Below, in pieces: positions 27,548-31,932 of a DNA stretch of 31,932 bases (positions within the stretch are counted from its first letter, which is position 1; each line of letters begins with the position of its first letter). The notes below the pieces were generated by a model. That model made no database searches and had not been told where the DNA came from. It saw nothing but the letters and a program-made list of their open reading frames with translations. Origin of the DNA: an uncultured bacterium. GTDB taxonomy: Bacteria > Cyanobacteriota > Cyanobacteriia > FACHB-46. Made by a program: the position numbers and the translations under genes. The stretch is taken from positions 1 through 31,932 of the forward strand of contig CBIHQL010000001.1 in assembly GCA_966211855.1 (NCBI GenBank). The letters run 5' to 3'.

Positions 27548-28125
27548 ATGACTGCAAACTTACTCCCAAAGCTTCATTAAGTGCCCAAATTCGCAATCTG
27601 CTGATCGTTTTGGTAGCCGTGGCCCTAAGCATTTCTGTCTTCTTGGGGCTACAAACTCAATCTCAGTCTGTGTCTCTAGATTCGTTGGCTGAAACCGCAA
27701 CCCCCCTAGAGGTAGCGCTGCAAAACGGCAGGCCAACAGTCATGGAGTTTTACGCTAACTGGTGTACAAGCTGTCAAGCCATGGCTCCTGAAATGGATGC
27801 GTTAGAGCAGCAATATGGCGAACAGGTCAACTTTGTGATGTTAAACGTCGATAACACCAAGTGGCTCCCCGAGATTTTGCACTACCGAGTTGACGGCATT
27901 CCTCACTTTGTCTTTCTCAATAAAAACGGAGAAGCGGTGGCTAACACGATTGGTGAACAACCGCGAACGATCATGGCAGCAAACTTAGACGCGTTAGTAG
28001 CTGAGACTGCTTTACCCTTTGCCAAGGCCAGCGGACAAGTCTCTGCTTTCAATCAACCGATCGCTCCCAAATCTAGTGGCAACGATGACCCTCGTAGTCA
28101 TGGCAGCCAAGTCGTCAACAAATAA
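27548..28125 (+). CDS. txlA: TxlA/HCF164-like membrane-anchored thiol:disulfide oxidoreductase, with an apparent -1 frameshift near 27565-27571
   Basis: WCTSC active site, LNVDNTKWLPE, VDGIPHFVFL and DDPRSHG tail. ATG 27548 is out of frame with the body; the track ORF starts at TTG 27610 inside the TM helix. Confidence 0.85.
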
Positions 28126-28142
28126 ATCTACGCTTTACCTAA

Positions 28143-28955
28143 CTAGTTGCATTCTCTCAACAACAAGTTAGAGTGCAGAACGGTTTCTAACTGATGCAAA
28201 GATTGGGTCGATTCTAGACAGGCTCTAGATTCACCCTGTTGCAAACGACCGCCTGACAGGGGGGTTGGCGAAAAACTGGATGTTTCGTTGGCTGCCATAG
28301 ATGCGGCGGATACAGATTCGTCGGTTTGCCAGTCAAGGGCATCAGACACGATGGGATCGGTGGTTGTCTTGGTTTGCCCAGAACGGATGTGATCGAGCTG
28401 TTCTAAGACCTGAGTCGATAACAAACCTACTTCTTGGGCTGCTTGGGAGATGAAAAAGCTAAAAGTCAGGCTACCCAGACGAATGCGATCGCCTTCTTTC
28501 AGAGGAGCCACTTGCCGCACACGTTCGCCATTGATAAACGAGCCGTTAGTGCTGCTGAGATCGAATAAATAAAAGCCTTCACCTGCAACATACTGCAAAA
28601 CTGCGTGACGACGAGAGAGCCGTTCATCTGGAAGGTAAAGAGCGGCAGTGCGATCGCGACCAATCAGCCAAGCATGTTGGGGTTGCATTAGCGCCTGAGT
28701 CTGCCCACCCATTAAATTCGTAACTAAATAGGTCTGCGACTCTTGGACTACAGCTTGCACATACTGAAGAGGCATGTGCTGTGGATAGCCGCATCCAGCA
28801 TTTTCAAGATATAAAAACTCATCAAATAGATCACGGTGATGGTCATACAACTTGAGAAATACTCGGTATAGCCCCAACCGTTGCTCCAACTCTGCATCAG
28901 TTGTAGGAGTAGCAATACTTAGCGAGTGTTCTACCCAGGAGCTTGGATCAATCAT
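28143..28955 (-). CDS. FHA domain protein
   Basis: WLIGRD, LSRRHAVL, DLSSTNGSFING and GDRIRLG FHA motifs. Confidence 0.92.
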   Translation of the reverse strand: MIDPSSWVEHSLSIATPTTDAELEQRLGLYRVFLKLYDHHRDLFDEFLYLENAGCGYPQHMPLQYVQAVVQESQTYLVTNLMGGQTQALMQPQHAWLIGRDRTAALYLPDERLSRRHAVLQYVAGEGFYLFDLSSTNGSFINGERVRQVAPLKEGDRIRLGSLTFSFFISQAAQEVGLLSTQVLEQLDHIRSGQTKTTTDPIVSDALDWQTDESVSAASMAANETSSFSPTPLSGGRLQQGESRACLESTQSLHQLETVLHSNLLLRECN

Positions 28956-29125
28956 AACGGCTCATCAACAGGCGAAACTTATAGCCCAGCTTCTAGCGTA
29001 GACCCCTACCAACCTGGGGATAACCGCACGATTACTTATTCGCTTTATTGAAAAATCTTAAAGCTCAGGGCAATACACTCAAGATTACAGAGGGTGCTTG
29101 TGGTTTCATTTCAGGAATATCAATC

Positions 29126-30016
29126 TCAGCTTGAGCTATCTGTGGGTCGCAAGAAGCTTAACAGTTCTCGGTTTACCGTCTGAGGTGCTTCTTGTTGAAT
29201 CCAATGACCACAATCGGGTACAAACTTGAGCTTAAAAGGAGCTTTAATCAGATTTTCTAGCCCTTCGGTGAGCTTCGTACTTAGCAGTGTGTCTTCTTCG
29301 CCCCAAAGCACTAAAGTAGGCACGGTGACTGGCTCTGGCGATCGCCGCCAATAACGCCACAGGTTAGCAGGAGACAGCAGTTGGCGGTAGCAGTTTAGTG
29401 CAGCAGCAAGCACCCCCGGCTTTTGCAAAGCAACTTCATAAAGTTGGGTATCTTCGGCAGTACAGGCTCCCTTACGAACAGCCTGCCCCCGAAACACATC
29501 TTGCACAAAACTTTTGAGGTTTTGCTGAATCAACCACTCTGGTAGCCCAGGCACCTGAAACGCAAACATATACCAACTGCGCCGGAGCTGATCTAAATTG
29601 CTGACAAGTTCTTCGGCAAGCCGCTGGGGATGAGGAGCATTTAAAACCACCAGCCGATTGAGATAGTGAGGAAACCGTTGTGCCAACTGCCATGCCACTA
29701 GCCCGCCCCAATCATGACCGACAATGTGAGCACGACTATATCCCAAACTTTCAATCAGCCCACGAATGTCAGCGCTGAGCGTGTTTAAGTCGTAACCTGT
29801 TTCTGGCTTGTCCGAATCGTTGTAGCCCCGCAGGTCAGGAACCACGACCTTAAACCGACGCGCTAAAACCGGAATTTGATAGCGCCAAGAGTACCAAAAT
29901 TCTGGAAACCCATGTAGGAGAATTACTAACTCCCCTTCCCCTTGCATCACGCAGTGCAAGCGAATGTGATTAGTTTCCACAAAAGTATGCTGCCAACCGA
30001 AATCTAGAGCGCTCAT
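29126..30016 (-). CDS. Alpha/beta hydrolase, epoxide hydrolase-like
   Basis: LLHGFPEFWYSW, GHDWG nucleophile motif, WGEED and CGHWIQQE. Confidence 0.92.
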   Translation of the reverse strand: MSALDFGWQHTFVETNHIRLHCVMQGEGELVILLHGFPEFWYSWRYQIPVLARRFKVVVPDLRGYNDSDKPETGYDLNTLSADIRGLIESLGYSRAHIVGHDWGGLVAWQLAQRFPHYLNRLVVLNAPHPQRLAEELVSNLDQLRRSWYMFAFQVPGLPEWLIQQNLKSFVQDVFRGQAVRKGACTAEDTQLYEVALQKPGVLAAALNCYRQLLSPANLWRYWRRSPEPVTVPTLVLWGEEDTLLSTKLTEGLENLIKAPFKLKFVPDCGHWIQQEAPQTVNRELLSFLRPTDSSS

Positions 30017-30146
30017 AGAAATCCAGTGCCTTCAGACATTGCTCCTACAAAAGGCGTGGAGCCAGCCATTCTGAATTATCCTCCAACCGCAGGTGATCAA
30101 CGAGGATTTGCATCTGGCTTCTATGTCGCTGAGTCAGGTAGGAACC

Positions 30147-30491
30147 TTAAACTCCGTGGGCCACCGCAGGTCGATATTCGGTCGGCTTAATTTGGTATTT
30201 CACTAAATTAGCAAGCTCTTGCAACTGGCTAATGGCTTCAGCGCCTTCCAGCTTCATGAGTTCGCGATCGTCCCGCATTTCAGTCCAGGTAATCCCGTAA
30301 TCAGATACGAGAAACCGAATCAGGTGGTTGTCTCCCAAGCTCACCATAAAAGAGGCACTATTCATTTGACCCCCGCAGGTGTAGCAGGAGGCCAAATACC
30401 CTCGATGTTCTAGCACCGTGGCAAGAGCTTGCAGGCTCATGACCAAGTCCTGGACAAATTGACGGTGTTGTTCTGCAAGTCGTATAAACAT
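30147..30491 (-). CDS. Conserved cyanobacterial protein (DUF1815-like)
   Basis: MFIRLAEQHRQFVQDLVM..ASCYTCG..SASFMV..IRFLVSDYGITWTE recalled as DUF1815. ATG 30491 is the preferred start. Confidence 0.8.
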   Translation of the reverse strand: MFIRLAEQHRQFVQDLVMSLQALATVLEHRGYLASCYTCGGQMNSASFMVSLGDNHLIRFLVSDYGITWTEMRDDRELMKLEGAEAISQLQELANLVKYQIKPTEYRPAVAHGV

Positions 30492-30601
30492 GCTCGTCCT
30501 CCAATCACCACACCTCATTCTAGACCTTTTTTATACTTTCTTAAGAATTGTTTATTCTAGGTAAGTTGCTAGGTCTTTCGGTGCTGGAATCATTACCTCT
30601 A

Positions 30602-30610
30602 AGGATTCCC
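30602..30610 (-). promoter_or_regulatory. J-box-like extended -10 element GGGAATCCT
   Basis: 8/9 match to GGGaAtacT, 110 nt upstream of ATG 30491 on the coding strand. Confidence 0.5.
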
Positions 30611-30725
30611 ATTTAAATCTAAAAACTGACTTTTGACCTCACCTGTTCAGGCTAGCGAACCCTAAGCTGATCAGAAGTATCCAACACAACAATTACCAGT
30701 CGATTCAATCTTGAAGCAACTACTT

Positions 30726-30835
30726 AAATAAAAGCTCCACCCCTAGACGGACTCTCAGAGCGTGTTTCTGAGTTGGGTGGAGCGCAGGTTTTGCCAGAGT
30801 TGTCTTTTTTTCTTCTGGCTGAATAACGCAAATGA
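30726..30835 (-). ncRNA. Candidate small RNA or structured 3' UTR ending in an intrinsic terminator
   Basis: Stems GCCAGA/TCTGGC (30793-30819), GCTCCACCC/GGGTGGAGC (30734-30783) and inner CTCAGA/TCTGAG, followed by TTTTATTT on the minus strand. Confidence 0.45.
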
Positions 30836-30909
30836 TCGAGAATTTATATGGGATTGATTTGAAATTTATATCTGTGCTTCCAAACAGGAGGAATACCCAA
30901 AATGCAGGG

Positions 30910-31122
30910 CTAATTAAGTTGCCACCAACCGACCGCAGGGCCAATAAATCGCACCGTCACCCAGTAAAGTACGAGCAGGCCAATGCCAATCCAAGCACCT
31001 TGAGTCGTCCATTTGACAAACTTTTCTGCTTGGCCTTTAGTGACTGGAACTCCCCGTAAAATGTTCGGTTCTTGCCCGTATTTCTCACCTAAGATTTCTT
31101 TCCGTCGTTTTGCGTCGCCCAT
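30910..31122 (-). CDS. Small membrane protein (DUF2839-like)
   Basis: MGDAKRRKE..G start and C-terminal TM with VRFIGPAVGWW, recalled as DUF2839. Confidence 0.8.
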   Translation of the reverse strand: MGDAKRRKEILGEKYGQEPNILRGVPVTKGQAEKFVKWTTQGAWIGIGLLVLYWVTVRFIGPAVGWWQLN

Positions 31123-31233
31123 AATCTTTGCCTGAGTTTTAACAGTTCTAGTACTGATGCCTGGAGCAATTCTATCAATGGCTGTTAGGGATTTGTTGGT
31201 TTCGACGCTTGGATCTCACAGCCTGAGTTAAGT

Positions 31234-31932
31234 TCAAGTAGGATCGTGCCAAGTACAGTTAGAGTCTTGGAAGAGGTTGGGATCAAGGTAGTTGATCCGA
31301 GCCAGGGGACTCAAAGCAGTTAATACTTGTGAGCCGTAGGTGCGATGTAAGACGCGGTTATCTAGTAGGGCAACAACCCCTTGGCACTCCCGGACTGGGG
31401 CGATCGCTCGCTGCAATTCGCTCAAAGCAGTGGGCAACAGGTAAAGGCGAAACCAGTCTTGGCGCAACCGCTTGTAATAAGCGACCCGTCCAGCAACTAA
31501 AGGGTCTTCTAGAGATGGAATGGGTAGGGTGGCGATCGCGAGTAGATGGGGTGCAGGCAAAACCGCTTGGTGCTCTCGCCAAAATTCCCAGCCTGTGACC
31601 AAAATGCCATTGCCATCCAGGCATGTTCTCTCAACCTGGACTCTAGAGCCATACTCAGCCGCTAGTACAGAGCCAACCTGAGCTTTGAGGGGCACGTCAC
31701 CCACGAGCACCACCGTTAAACCCGCCGCTTGAGCGCTGACATTTAACAAATTGCGAATTTGCTGGATTAAGGCAGCCTGAAATTGGGGAGTGTTTGGCAT
31801 TGGCAGCCCATCAGGTAAGTAGAACTGAATCAACTCACTCTGGCGATCGGGAGCAAATTTAAGACAGGTGAGGTCTTGCAGGCCCAAACGTTGGCGGTAG
31901 ATCGCGGCTTCGGCATCTAAGTCTAACGCACC
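31234..31932 (-). CDS. DinG-like helicase C-terminal portion, 5'-truncated by the window edge
   Basis: Frame is open to the window end. LPIPSLEDPLVAGR..DWFRLYLLP and GVVALLDNRV..RTYG are typical of the DinG helicase C-terminal domain. Confidence 0.82.
   Translation of the reverse strand, partial: GALDLDAEAAIYRQRLGLQDLTCLKFAPDRQSELIQFYLPDGLPMPNTPQFQAALIQQIRNLLNVSAQAAGLTVVLVGDVPLKAQVGSVLAAEYGSRVQVERTCLDGNGILVTGWEFWREHQAVLPAPHLLAIATLPIPSLEDPLVAGRVAYYKRLRQDWFRLYLLPTALSELQRAIAPVRECQGVVALLDNRVLHRTYGSQVLTALSPLARINYLDPNLFQDSNCTWHDPT

Larger units (their letters stand above)
1..31932. repeat. HIP1 octamer GCGATCGC dispersed throughout (about 60 perfect copies by manual count, plus many CGATCG near-copies)
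   Basis: Direct reading, e.g. 360-367, 1343-1350, 3363-3370, 13289-13296. Chance expectation for one 8-mer in 32 kb is below one copy. Hallmark of many cyanobacterial genomes. Confidence 0.97.

Noticed and set aside
25250-28470. Low density of perfect HIP1 sites as a sign of horizontal transfer
   Set aside because: Similar 1.3-2 kb gaps occur over native genes (ffh, rpsP-rpsU, DUF1815/DUF2839), so this is compatible with random spacing.
31180-31223. tmRNA-like 5' sequence (TGGTTTCGACG) within a hairpin
   Set aside because: Only about 11 nt match; no GGGGC acceptor stem, tag ORF or T-arm 3' end, and there is no room for ssrA.
2212-31624. Numerous 60-135-aa track ORFs antisense to or overlapping well-supported genes (e.g. 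6945..7346, 11664..12020, 21361..21747, 25792..26205)
   Set aside because: Shadow frames of real CDS or read-through of repeat elements; no motifs or start signals.
1-31932. Defence island, prophage, CRISPR or insertion sequence
   Set aside because: No cas, integrase, phage structural, restriction-modification or transposase motifs were recognised in any frame provided or read.

Overview
Housekeeping-rich cyanobacterial chromosome segment. Evidence for the assignment: about 60 perfect HIP1 octamers GCGATCGC by manual count, petL, a TxlA/HCF164-like thioredoxin, and several cyanobacterium-type hypothetical proteins. It holds about 33 CDS, including pfkA, era, hisC, aroB, petL, the ffh-rpsP-khpA-rpsU-phoH cluster, malic enzyme and a DinG-like gene, plus one tRNA-Arg(UCU). 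petL (31 aa) and rpsU (57 aa) are missing as separate ORFs from the supplied track. I see no integrase, transposase, prophage or CRISPR array. Best leads: (1) the 752-aa 'GAF protein' carries a C-terminal region that lines up motif by motif with a class III nucleotide cyclase interrupted by a ~105-aa helical insert; (2) txlA is broken by a -1 frameshift exactly at a C_CCA_AAG slippery heptamer (recoding versus homopolymer error); (3) rpsU has a 10-nt Shine-Dalgarno, recalling bS21 autoregulation; (4) three GGGAAnnCT (J-box/SigJ-like) promoters precede three unrelated hypothetical genes; (5) a structured leader with a possible pseudoknot, and a candidate ~110-nt sRNA; (6) a family of C-rich-leader-plus-hairpin REP-like repeats, partly arranged as inverted doublets. 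All family names come from motif recognition and memory, not database searches.
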